Positions 44,494-52,711 of a stretch of DNA of 64,000 nt are shown here, piece after piece (the stretch's first letter is position 1; every line of letters starts with the position of its first letter). The notes beneath the pieces are model-generated. The model had not been told where the DNA came from, ran no database searches, and worked only from the letters and a program-made list of their open reading frames with translations. The stretch lies in contig JAXMKZ010000011.1 in assembly GCA_034370385.1 (NCBI GenBank), forward strand, positions 165,103 through 229,102. The letters are read 5' to 3'. The translations under genes and the position numbers were made by a program. This stretch comes from Coriobacteriia bacterium. Lineage in GTDB: Bacteria; Actinomycetota; Coriobacteriia; Anaerosomatales; PHET01.

Positions 44494-45867
44494 ATGCGCC
44501 GCACACTCAACGTACTACTGGCCCTCGCTGTGGCAACAGGGGTGATCATCGGCGCCGGGCTCTGTGCGACAGAGCCTGCGAACGCCACCACCGCCCCGCT
44601 GCTCGGTGGAGTGTGGGACGCAAGCGACAACCCGATCGATGACGTTCAGGTCGTGCTCTACCGCTACAATCCGGCCAGCGCCACCGACTGGGCCGTCGTG
44701 ACCTTCGTCGAACCCATGGGCGGCACCTTCGACTTTGGCGAAGTACCCACGGGGACCTACCGGGTCGGCATCAGGCCCCATCCTGACGCACCCGCCTCGG
44801 AACAATGGAAGTATTCGCCGATGTTCTGGGAGGATGCGTACTCCCTCGAATACGCCACAGATATCGACCTCGTCGATGGCGAGGCTGTCAATCTCCGCCT
44901 CAGGGTCAACCCCCAGCTCACGGGAACGCTGACTTCTGAGCAGAGCGGCCTGCCCATTGAAGGCGTGACCGTGCGCGTCTACTGGTACGAGGACGCGACG
45001 GACCTGACGGTCGAGACGGCGAGCACGACGACCGACGCGCAAGGGCGCTACGCCATCAGCGTGCCGGACACCGGCACGATACTGATCGAGTTCGCGGGCA
45101 ACGGGTGGGCTATGGAGTACTACCCGAACAAGGCTCGGTTCAACGAAGCCGAGCCCCGGACCTCAGGCGGCATGGTCATCGACGAGTCGCTCAGCCCGGG
45201 AGCGACGTTTCGCGTGGACCGGGCGCTCAGTCCCTTTGGTACCAGGATGCCCTCTGCCTGGACGGCGATCGAGGCGGGACTGCCGTATGGCATCGAACTC
45301 GAACGGCGCTTGGATCTGCCTGCAGCTGACCCTGCCCAGTGGGAGCCGTTCTGGATCATGCCGGCTCGAACCCGCTCTCAGTGGCCGGACTTTCTCCCGT
45401 ATGGGCAGTATCGCGTGCGCTTCGTCGCGCCCACCGGAACCTACCGCTCAGCGTGGCACGCGCACGTGGCCACACCGGAAGCAGCTACGCCGATGACCGC
45501 GGATCCCTCGGCCCGCAACATGGTTGCCGACGCCCGCTTCCTCGGCCGCACCAAGGCTTCAACGAGCATCCGTTCGTCGGTTGCGAGTGTGCGGCGCAAT
45601 GGGCGTGCGCGCCTCACCGTGACGATTCGTGACGCGTCAATCACCGGACGCACACCGTTCGCTCTGCCCAGCGCGCCGTTCCGTCTGCAGAGGTCGTATG
45701 ACGGACGAAGGTGGACGACGATCGGCGGCGTTCGCCGCACGGGCAGCGCCGGGACGTACGCGACGAGCCTCGGAATCTCCCGCACCACCTACTTCCGAGC
45801 CGTGCCCGCGGCCACGCCGACGTACTACGGGGCGACCTCATCTCGCGTTCGCGTGCGAGTCCGCTGA
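44494..45867 (+). CDS. Secreted protein with CarboxypepD_reg-like repeats (divergent relative)
   Basis: Signal MRRTLNVLLALAVATGVIIGAGLCA. GTFDFGEVPTGTYRVGI-type repeats. C-terminal FRLQRSYDGRRW...RTTYFRAVP module. Confidence 0.7.
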   Translation: MRRTLNVLLALAVATGVIIGAGLCATEPANATTAPLLGGVWDASDNPIDDVQVVLYRYNPASATDWAVVTFVEPMGGTFDFGEVPTGTYRVGIRPHPDAPASEQWKYSPMFWEDAYSLEYATDIDLVDGEAVNLRLRVNPQLTGTLTSEQSGLPIEGVTVRVYWYEDATDLTVETASTTTDAQGRYAISVPDTGTILIEFAGNGWAMEYYPNKARFNEAEPRTSGGMVIDESLSPGATFRVDRALSPFGTRMPSAWTAIEAGLPYGIELERRLDLPAADPAQWEPFWIMPARTRSQWPDFLPYGQYRVRFVAPTGTYRSAWHAHVATPEAATPMTADPSARNMVADARFLGRTKASTSIRSSVASVRRNGRARLTVTIRDASITGRTPFALPSAPFRLQRSYDGRRWTTIGGVRRTGSAGTYATSLGISRTTYFRAVPAATPTYYGATSSRVRVRVR

Positions 45868-46042
45868 GACGAGAGCCTCGTCCGAAGTGAAGATGCCGTT
45901 CGCCGACACGGTGTCCCGGTCGGCCCGCTGTAGTCTTGTGTAAGGGTCCATCCGCAGTAGCGTCGTCGGAAGGAGTAGCGTGCCACGGGTCTGGACGAGT
46001 ACCCTGATGCGCGCCCAGCCGTTCACGCCCACAGGAGGTCCG

Positions 46043-47065
46043 ATGCGCCACACGATCCGAATCCTGCTCACACTGACGCTCGGCTTCGGAGCGCTGGTAG
46101 GAGCCGTCGGGACCGCGAGCGCCGAACCCGTTCGTGCCTCAGCCGGCTACACGATCTCAGGCAGCGTGTACGCCATGCCCCCGATCAGGCCGCTCAACGA
46201 GGTCGCGGTGGCCCTTCACCAGTCGAACGGTGCGGGCGGGTGGAATCGCATCCGCTCGACAGTGCCGTCCGGCGGTGCGTTCCAGTTCAACGACGTCCCC
46301 GCAGGCGACTATCGGGTCGGTTTCGAGCCACTGGCGAACGCGTCGAGCCCGCTGTGGCGCTATCCCCTCCCGGTCTTCTGGAACAACTACGCCTCAACCG
46401 TCGAATCGGCCACATCGGTTCGAGTCGTCGGCGACACGGAGCTCGCACCCATCGCGATCTTTGAGAACTCGCGCGTCTCGGGCACACTCCAGTCTGCAGT
46501 GGACGGCGCCCCTCTGAAGGATGCGGCAGTGACGTTGTACTGGTTCTCGGGAGCCGGGGCGTATCGCACCGATACCGTGCTCACGGATCGGTTCGGCGAG
46601 TACTCGATCTACGTGCCCAGAGGGGATGAGAACTCATTCAGTCTGCGATTCGCCAAGTCGGGCTACGTCACGGAGTTCTACGACGACCGGACTCGCCTCG
46701 AGGACACCCAACGCCGAAGCGCCGACTCGTGGGAAGGGCTCGGCGGCTGGCTACGCGCACGCATCACCGCCTCTGTGACGCCCTCGGTGCGCACGGTGCG
46801 CGGACGCGGTGCGGTGCGATTCACGACGGTTCTTCGTGATGGTCGTTCTACGAGTGGCGCGATGGCTCGCACCGGCTTCCGGCTTCAGCGCTCGTACAAC
46901 AATCGCACGTGGACGAACGTAGGTGGCGAACTCAAGACCGGCATCACCGGCCGCTACACCTCGTCCATCTTGGTCACCCGTACGACCTTCTTCCGAGCCT
47001 TGCCGACCTCATCGTCCAAGTTCTACGGCGTCCCTTCGCCGTCGGTGAAGATCACGAAGAGGTAG
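46043..47065 (+). CDS. Secreted protein with CarboxypepD_reg-like repeats (paralog A')
   Basis: About 80% aa identity by eye to the 43415..44434 product over its full length. The SD/start context is identical (CAGGAGGTCCGATGCG). Confidence 0.7.
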   Translation: MRHTIRILLTLTLGFGALVGAVGTASAEPVRASAGYTISGSVYAMPPIRPLNEVAVALHQSNGAGGWNRIRSTVPSGGAFQFNDVPAGDYRVGFEPLANASSPLWRYPLPVFWNNYASTVESATSVRVVGDTELAPIAIFENSRVSGTLQSAVDGAPLKDAAVTLYWFSGAGAYRTDTVLTDRFGEYSIYVPRGDENSFSLRFAKSGYVTEFYDDRTRLEDTQRRSADSWEGLGGWLRARITASVTPSVRTVRGRGAVRFTTVLRDGRSTSGAMARTGFRLQRSYNNRTWTNVGGELKTGITGRYTSSILVTRTTFFRALPTSSSKFYGVPSPSVKITKR

Positions 47066-47094
47066 CCGTCGAGAGCACTGGCTCCGAACGTTTC

Positions 47095-47126
47095 CGAGGC
47101 CCGACCACGTGGATGTGGTCGGGCCT
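47095..47126. terminator. Hairpin between convergent genes (possible bidirectional terminator)
   Basis: GAGGCCCGACCAC-GTGGAT-GTGGTCGGGCCTC forms a perfect 13-bp stem. There is no clear U-tract. Confidence 0.45.
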
Positions 47127-47151
47127 CGTTACGCTCAGCATCAGGTCTCGG

Positions 47152-47967
47152 CTACTCGCCCAGTTCGATCGAGACCTCACCGATACCCTGCTTCACCCGA
47201 ATCTCGTAGGCCGGACGGTCGTCGTCGTATGCATCGTTGACCCAGGCGCCGCCATCCTCTGACAGGCCGTCGACGGTCACCTCTCCGATGCCCTGGTCGA
47301 TTGTGACCCGAACGGGCACTCCGTTCGGAAGCGCCAACCGCATCGCCCCGACGCCGCCGATGACATCGATCTCGACGTCGTCATCCAGTTCACGCCCGCC
47401 TGTGAGGTCGATCGTCGTCTCACCCGCGCCGTTGACGATTCGTGCCGACAACAGCAGGAGGTCTCCGATGAGGAGATCTGCCTCGCCCGCGCCACGCTCG
47501 ATCACGAGATCCATCGGCGTGCCGGTATCGAGAGCGACGTCCCAGTTGTTGCGCGTGTCTCCCTCGGCGAACGGGTCGAACTCGGACTGCCTGACGGTCA
47601 GCTCGCCGACCTCGCCGTCCACTCGGTAGTCCACCTCGGGCGTCCAGCGCTTGGGCTTGGTGTCGAACTGGGCGTCCATGAGCGGCCCGCTCGCACCGCG
47701 AACCTTCAACTCACCCACGGGCTGTGCCAGTCGCACCTCCGCTCGCGTCGCGGTGCCGAGCTCGACCACCTCGGTGGCAGTGCGACCGACGACCGGCGAG
47801 TCCGGCTCTTCGGGGGCCTGTGGCTCATCGGCCTCGATGCGGTCCCCGATGTGTAGATTCGCGTACCACTCGTCGCCGGTGTTCTCGACGCGACGGAAAC
47901 CGGTCCCCAACGCGATCATGCCGATGAGTACCACCGCGATGATGATCGGTATCGAACGGTCCTTCAT
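47152..47967 (-). CDS. Toast-rack-type (DUF2154/DUF4097-like) protein with an N-terminal TM anchor
   Basis: MKDRSIPIIIAVVLIGMIALG TM segment, then repetitive beta-strand motifs (GAGEADLLIG, GAGETTIDL, GVGAMRLAL, GIGEVTVD, GIGEVSIEL). ATGA overlap with the upstream gene. The ORF-track extension to 48582 is judged spurious. Confidence 0.65.
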   Translation of the reverse strand: MKDRSIPIIIAVVLIGMIALGTGFRRVENTGDEWYANLHIGDRIEADEPQAPEEPDSPVVGRTATEVVELGTATRAEVRLAQPVGELKVRGASGPLMDAQFDTKPKRWTPEVDYRVDGEVGELTVRQSEFDPFAEGDTRNNWDVALDTGTPMDLVIERGAGEADLLIGDLLLLSARIVNGAGETTIDLTGGRELDDDVEIDVIGGVGAMRLALPNGVPVRVTIDQGIGEVTVDGLSEDGGAWVNDAYDDDRPAYEIRVKQGIGEVSIELGE

Positions 47968-48917
47968 GACTGCACCTCCTGACCGGCTACGCCCGCAGCT
48001 GCATCGCTGTCGAAACGCCCCACGAGCATCACCTTGGCGTAGGCGCCGTGGAGCACGCCGACACCCTTCGCCACCCACATGGTGGCCACGAACGTGAGCA
48101 CGCCGATCAGGATCACGAAGGGCGCGGCCCACCAGTTCATCTGATAGTGGTAGTCGCCGAACACGAACAGCGGCAGATCGAAGATCCACTGGGCGAACGG
48201 CAGCGCGATGAACGACAGCGCAAGCGACAGCCCCGTCACCACGACCGTGAAGTAGATGATGCCGAACATGAGCTGCAGCACCATGTAGAGCATCGTCGTC
48301 CACGTGCGGTAGTCGGTGAACCAGCTCTTGATGCGCTCCCACAGGTTGCCTGTCTGACCGACGGTGCGCGGACGCCGTGGCATGCGCAGACCGAGCAGCC
48401 CCTCGACCATTCGTCCTTCGGCCAGTGAAACCGCCCGGACGATGGCGATGAACAGCAGCGCCAACGGGATGCCAACGATCAGTACCGACAGACCGAAGGT
48501 GAGCGACAGCCCCGTCACCACGACCGTGAAGTACATGATGCCCGTCACCAACGCCAGAAGCATGTAGAACAGCGCGCCCCACGCTCCGGGATCGGCCAGT
48601 ACGCCGAAGAATCGGCCGAGTATCGTGGAGCGACGCTGCGGCGCCGGCTTGCGGAGCGCCTCTGCCACCGTGATCTCACGCTCGCGATACGCGTCGGCGA
48701 TCTCTTCCGGAGTCCCGTATGCATCGATCGCCGTGGCGATGGACTCGGGAGTCGTCCCGTCCTCGGCCGCAGCCGAACGCAGGTACTCCTCCGCATCGTA
48801 GAGCGCATCTTGCACAAGCGCGGGATCCGCCCCGGCGAGTGCGCCCCTCAGTTGGGCCAGATAGCCCTCGATTGTCTCAGCCAACGTTACCCTCCAACGT
48901 CGCATCGACGAAGTCAC
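47964..48917 (-). CDS. HAAS/DUF1700-like N-terminal domain fused to a duplicated 'putative sensor' membrane domain
   Basis: IEGYLAQLRGAL...YGTPEEIADAYRE (DUF1700-like), followed by two repeats of LFYMLLALVTGIMYFTVVVTGLSL / MLYMVLQLMFGIIYFTVVVTGLSL. The start is uncertain (48917 or GTG 48890). Confidence 0.6.
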   Translation of the reverse strand: MTSSMRRWRVTLAETIEGYLAQLRGALAGADPALVQDALYDAEEYLRSAAAEDGTTPESIATAIDAYGTPEEIADAYREREITVAEALRKPAPQRRSTILGRFFGVLADPGAWGALFYMLLALVTGIMYFTVVVTGLSLTFGLSVLIVGIPLALLFIAIVRAVSLAEGRMVEGLLGLRMPRRPRTVGQTGNLWERIKSWFTDYRTWTTMLYMVLQLMFGIIYFTVVVTGLSLALSFIALPFAQWIFDLPLFVFGDYHYQMNWWAAPFVILIGVLTFVATMWVAKGVGVLHGAYAKVMLVGRFDSDAAAGVAGQEVQS

Positions 48918-49242
48918 GTGTCCGTGACCACGCCGCCTTCCAGTCGTCTAGCACCGCACTCCCGCGCTCGGTGATCGCGTAGTACTTCCGCGGTGGGCCC
49001 GAGACACTCGGCTCCACCCGGCTCTCAAGCAGTCCGTTCTCCTCCATCATGCGCAGAACCGGGTACAACGTTCCCTGCTTCACCGGCAGTCCGCCGGCCC
49101 ACCCGGACTCGATGCGCTTCGCGATCTGGTAGCCGTACAGCGGCTCAGAAGAGCGGTCCAGAATCGCTAGGAGAACGAGTGAGACGGTGCCTGCGTTGAG
49201 CTCCTTCTGGATCTTTCGAAGCATGGCTTCGTCCGCGGTCAC
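48877..49242 (-). CDS. PadR-family transcriptional regulator
   Basis: LLAILDRSSEPLYGYQI...GTLYPVLRMMEENGLL winged helix. Confidence 0.9.
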   Translation of the reverse strand: MTADEAMLRKIQKELNAGTVSLVLLAILDRSSEPLYGYQIAKRIESGWAGGLPVKQGTLYPVLRMMEENGLLESRVEPSVSGPPRKYYAITERGSAVLDDWKAAWSRTRDFVDATLEGNVG

Positions 49243-49299
49243 TGCCCACCTCCCTCACGTGTCGTCCAGCGGTTGTATCAACTCGCTGGTATTCGGAAC

Positions 49300-49345
49300 T
49301 TCGGACTAGTCACGATGCATACTACTACTAAGTTCCGACTAGTCA
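49300..49345. promoter_or_regulatory. Candidate PadR operator: two copies of TTC(G/C)GACTAGTCA, 33 bp apart, in an AT-rich divergent intergenic region
   Basis: The palindromic core GACTAGTC occurs at 49304..49311 and 49337..49344, flanked by the inverted GAACTT/AAGTTC. Confidence 0.4.
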
Positions 49346-49354
49346 AGGGCTTCT

Positions 49355-49810
49355 TTGCCGAGGCGCAACCTGTACCGCATCACCTCGCAGATGCTGGTGG
49401 CGGGCGAGATAGACCCCGGGCTGACGACGACCTTCCGCCGCGACACGCCTGGTGCGACGTTCTTCTCGCTGTTCCGCCAGTTGCTGTCCGATGTGAGCGA
49501 CCTGATGCTGTTCGAGGCGAGCAACGGGGCGCTGTTCGGCAAGGTCGACGACAGCCGTCTGGACTCGGTGTACGACGCCATACGCGGAGTGCTCAAGCGC
49601 ACGGTGGTCCTGTGGGAGCAGAACCCGGAGCCCGCGTGTGAACTCGTCCTGTGCGACAACGAACACGATCTCGAGGCCATCTGCGAGATGAGCGAGCGAC
49701 TCGCTCGGCTCGGCCGCAAGGGCTCGCGCAACAAGGAGATCGTCGAGATCTGTGACGCCATCCTTGAGCTGAGCGGCGAGATCAGGGCGCGGGTACTCCC
49801 CGAGTTGTGA
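49355..49810 (+). CDS. Hypothetical cytoplasmic protein, no recognised family
   Basis: 151-codon ORF with strong GC3 bias, divergent from padR. The start is uncertain (TTG 49355 or a later ATG). The antisense 363-aa ORF is judged spurious. Confidence 0.5.
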   Translation: MPRRNLYRITSQMLVAGEIDPGLTTTFRRDTPGATFFSLFRQLLSDVSDLMLFEASNGALFGKVDDSRLDSVYDAIRGVLKRTVVLWEQNPEPACELVLCDNEHDLEAICEMSERLARLGRKGSRNKEIVEICDAILELSGEIRARVLPEL

Positions 49811-49917
49811 AGAATGCCTTCCGGACGTCTGATTCTGATACCCCATAGGGTATATAGCCTTCGGAGAATGTGGTGCGCGATCCGTGAGGGGAGCGCCGTC
49901 TTTCGGAGGTGTTTGAG

Positions 49918-51894
49918 ATGAAGAAGGTGCTTTCTCTGGGCATGGCGCTGGCGATGTTCGTCGCGGTATCTCCTACGGCCTTTGGCGCACCCAGCGAACA
50001 AACGATCGTCCACCAGGATTTGTCTACGCGGACCCAATTGGTCAGTCAGTGGGCGGGGAAGCGCGGCTACGACTACTACAAGAGCATGAGCGATGTCGCC
50101 GTTGGCGTTGCGCAGGGCGGAATCGGCACCGCAGGGCAGGTCATCCCTGGCGGGAACGTGCTGGCCTACGTGACCGAGGCCGGGGAGGTCGTTTGGGAAA
50201 GAGACGGCGATCCGGCCTCGCGCAGCATCGTCATGACCACCACCAAGGGCGTTCACATCCCCCACGTCGTCTTCACTGTAGACAAGCTGGTCGTGCTTGA
50301 GGGGGTTCCGGACCTGGACCAGCCCGGCTTCGTGGAGCAGGCGAGTCTCCATGTGTTTGACTCGACGACGGGCGGGCGTTCGCTTACCGCGAGCATCGGG
50401 CCGGACATCGACGGGTGGTCTGTCGGCCACCTCGATGCCGACTCCGACGGCGATGGTGTGGCGTTTCTCAAGCTTCGCAAGCGTCCGGAGATTCTGTATC
50501 AGGTGACAACGTCGACGCCCGTGGACGTGGACGCGTCGATCTTCTACTCGTCCCTCGCCCCTGACTCAGTCGGACCTGACGCGCCACTCGCCCAGTTCCA
50601 TCCCCGCGAGATCGCCCTAGACAAGCCTGTCAGCGGTCTGTCTCTGCACCGCGGCCGGATCGCGTACAACGCTGGAGGCTCGATTGGCTACGTGCTCGCA
50701 TCGAAGATCGCGACCGAGTACAGCTTCAGCTGGGGTCTGAGCCAGCAGGGCGGATTTGGCGGCCGCTTGGGTTCAGGCCGCGTCGTCGGCTCGCCGGCGC
50801 TCTTCGATGACACGCTCGCCTACCTTGAGGCCGACGATGCGCGCACGAGCGGCTCGGTGATACTCGTAGACATGAACTCGGGACAGGTCTCAGCGATCGG
50901 CGTAGGCGAAGCGGCGCTCGATGCACCGAGCCCGGTGCTCAACGACGACTTCGTCTACTGGGTACGCGATGCGGGCGAGGCGACCCTCAAGCCGGTTGGA
51001 GGCACGTCACGCACGTTCATCCTTCCCCACGTCCTTGAGAGAACGGGCTTCCGCGCAACCGACCGCAGCTCGTCCACCGTGGCTACTCTCGGGCTGGACC
51101 CGAGCCCGATCAGTGTCTGGCGGGAGCGCGGCAGCGGACTGGCGACAGGTCGACGCTCCCACGGCATCTACACCGTGCAGAGTGATGGGGCCCGCTGGGT
51201 GCACGCCATCCACCGAGGCGAGCAGCTCCCGGTCTTCACGGGCGCTCGTATCCTCCCGACGGCCAACAAGCGCGGCGTCACCCTCTCCGTTTCAGCGCCC
51301 GGAGGAGGCAGCCTGCCGCTGCCGGTATCGGTCGTGTCCACCGGCACGACCAGCGGAGGAGGTGCAGGCAAGGCCTCGTTCCAGGACTTCCACTTCCGGA
51401 CATCAGTGACTCCTACGACCAGCCCCCTTGGCCCGATCTACTCAGCCACGTTCGATGAAGTCGGCCGGCGGACCCTGTTCCAGTTCCGCTATCCCGGTGA
51501 TGGCACGTTCGGCTCGGGCGAGAGCGTGCTGTTCGAGTTCGCTCCCACGCCGGTTGTGACCGCAGGCATCAGCCCGTCGTCACCACTGCGCGGGCGGGCG
51601 TTCACCGTGCGCGGCGAGGTCAGGACCCCGCAGCCCGACGACGGCTCTGTCAGCGGCACGGCGACAGTCTCCCTGCAGCGCCTGACCCGCAAGGGCTGGG
51701 ACGGCACCGTCAAGGGAAGCGGCAAGCGCAACCCCCTCTACCAAGGCAACAGCACCGGCGGCACCAACCCGATCTACACAGCGAGCAACCTCCGCATCAC
51801 CGAACCGGGCGTGTACCGGGTGCGTGTGACGGTGCCGGCGAACGAGTTCCACGAGGCGGCAAGCTCTCCCTGGCGTCAGTTCCGCGTGAGGTAG
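49918..51894 (+). CDS. Large secreted hypothetical protein ending in the shared C-terminal module
   Basis: GGAGG lies 8 nt upstream of ATG 49918. Signal MKKVLSLGMALAMFVAVSPTAFGA. C-terminus AFTVRGEV...GVYRVRVTVPANEFHEAASSPWRQFRVR. Confidence 0.7.
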   Translation: MKKVLSLGMALAMFVAVSPTAFGAPSEQTIVHQDLSTRTQLVSQWAGKRGYDYYKSMSDVAVGVAQGGIGTAGQVIPGGNVLAYVTEAGEVVWERDGDPASRSIVMTTTKGVHIPHVVFTVDKLVVLEGVPDLDQPGFVEQASLHVFDSTTGGRSLTASIGPDIDGWSVGHLDADSDGDGVAFLKLRKRPEILYQVTTSTPVDVDASIFYSSLAPDSVGPDAPLAQFHPREIALDKPVSGLSLHRGRIAYNAGGSIGYVLASKIATEYSFSWGLSQQGGFGGRLGSGRVVGSPALFDDTLAYLEADDARTSGSVILVDMNSGQVSAIGVGEAALDAPSPVLNDDFVYWVRDAGEATLKPVGGTSRTFILPHVLERTGFRATDRSSSTVATLGLDPSPISVWRERGSGLATGRRSHGIYTVQSDGARWVHAIHRGEQLPVFTGARILPTANKRGVTLSVSAPGGGSLPLPVSVVSTGTTSGGGAGKASFQDFHFRTSVTPTTSPLGPIYSATFDEVGRRTLFQFRYPGDGTFGSGESVLFEFAPTPVVTAGISPSSPLRGRAFTVRGEVRTPQPDDGSVSGTATVSLQRLTRKGWDGTVKGSGKRNPLYQGNSTGGTNPIYTASNLRITEPGVYRVRVTVPANEFHEAASSPWRQFRVR

Positions 51895-51935
51895 CACACG
51901 AGGCGCAGCCAGCGCACACAGAGAGTCTTGCGAGG

Positions 51936-51965
51936 GCGTCCCGAACCATCGGGGCGCCCTCCTCG
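51936..51965. terminator. Hairpin between convergent genes
   Basis: GAGGGCGTCCC-(8 nt)-GGGGCGCCCTC gives an 11-bp stem with one G-U pair. Confidence 0.4.
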
Positions 51966-51967
51966 CG

Positions 51968-52381
51968 TCAGGGGATGAGCTCGAGCGAGCCGGCGAACGT
52001 GGGCTTGTAGGCCGCAAGCCGCCGGTCGAACGACATGATCCGCGCGGTGCCTTCGCGCTCGCAGGTCGCCAGCAGCGTGCAGTCGGCGAACCCGAACCCG
52101 GCGTCGGCGTAGGCGAGGTCAATGGCGTGAGCGTTGGCGATCAGGTCGGCGTCCGTGCCCAGGATCGTGATGCCAGACGCTTCAAGCGAGTCCCAGAAGT
52201 GGCGCTGGACGTGCAGCCCCCAGTGTGACTTCAGGAGTCCCATCGTTTCGGCGAGAATGGCGGCTGGGACCGCAAGGCCGTCACGTGCGTGCGCTACGAG
52301 GGCGGCGCGCGCTCGGGAGTGGTTCGACTCGTTCTGCCGAGCGGCAGCTATCAGGAAGCTCGTGTCAGTCAGAATCAGCAA
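51968..52381 (-). CDS. vapC: PIN-domain toxin VapC (pair 1)
   Basis: LILTDTSFLIAA...ILAET...FADCTLLA...SFDRRL places the acidic PIN residues correctly. The TTG start at 52381 is preceded by AGGAG and overlaps the vapB end. Confidence 0.8.
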   Translation of the reverse strand: MLILTDTSFLIAAARQNESNHSRARAALVAHARDGLAVPAAILAETMGLLKSHWGLHVQRHFWDSLEASGITILGTDADLIANAHAIDLAYADAGFGFADCTLLATCEREGTARIMSFDRRLAAYKPTFAGSLELIP

Positions 52382-52649
52382 GACCGTGCTCCTGATCCCA
52401 TTCGCCGCCTGGCCTGAAGTAGTCCGCGAGAATCTCATCCACGCGCATCGACAGGTCGGTCGCGGGGTCGTCATCCTCGATGACTCCCACGATCGCGAGG
52501 TAGTTGGTCGTCGCCGGCTTCTCGGTGTGCGCGCGGTACTCCGCAATGGCCTCGCGCGCGATCTCGGCCATGGAGGAACCCCGCCTCTGCGCCTCTTCGG
52601 CGAGGAAGGCATGCAGCTCCTCAGGCAGGTACATCATCGTCTTCTTCAT
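52365..52649 (-). CDS. vapB: Ribbon-helix-helix antitoxin VapB (pair 1)
   Basis: MKKTMMYLPEELHAFLAEEAQRRGSSMAEIAREAI is a CopG/RHH N-terminus. Confidence 0.75.
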   Translation of the reverse strand: MKKTMMYLPEELHAFLAEEAQRRGSSMAEIAREAIAEYRAHTEKPATTNYLAIVGVIEDDDPATDLSMRVDEILADYFRPGGEWDQEHGLADSD

Positions 52650-52670
52650 GCCCACGAGCTTAGCGCCCGA

Positions 52671-52697
52671 TGACATATATGTCAACCATATATGTCA
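52671..52697. promoter_or_regulatory. Candidate VapB(1) operator: a 14-bp perfect palindrome plus a half-site repeat
   Basis: TGACATATATGTCA at 52671..52684, followed by CATATATGTCA at 52687..52697. The stretch is strongly AT-rich relative to the genome. Confidence 0.4.
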
Positions 52698-52711
52698 CTC
52701 AGTGCTGATTC

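Noticed and set aside
47968-48582. The 5' extension of the toast-rack ORF (476 aa in the ORF track).
   Set aside because: It overlaps the HAAS/sensor gene in another frame. ATG 47967 gives a normal TM anchor and an ATGA junction.
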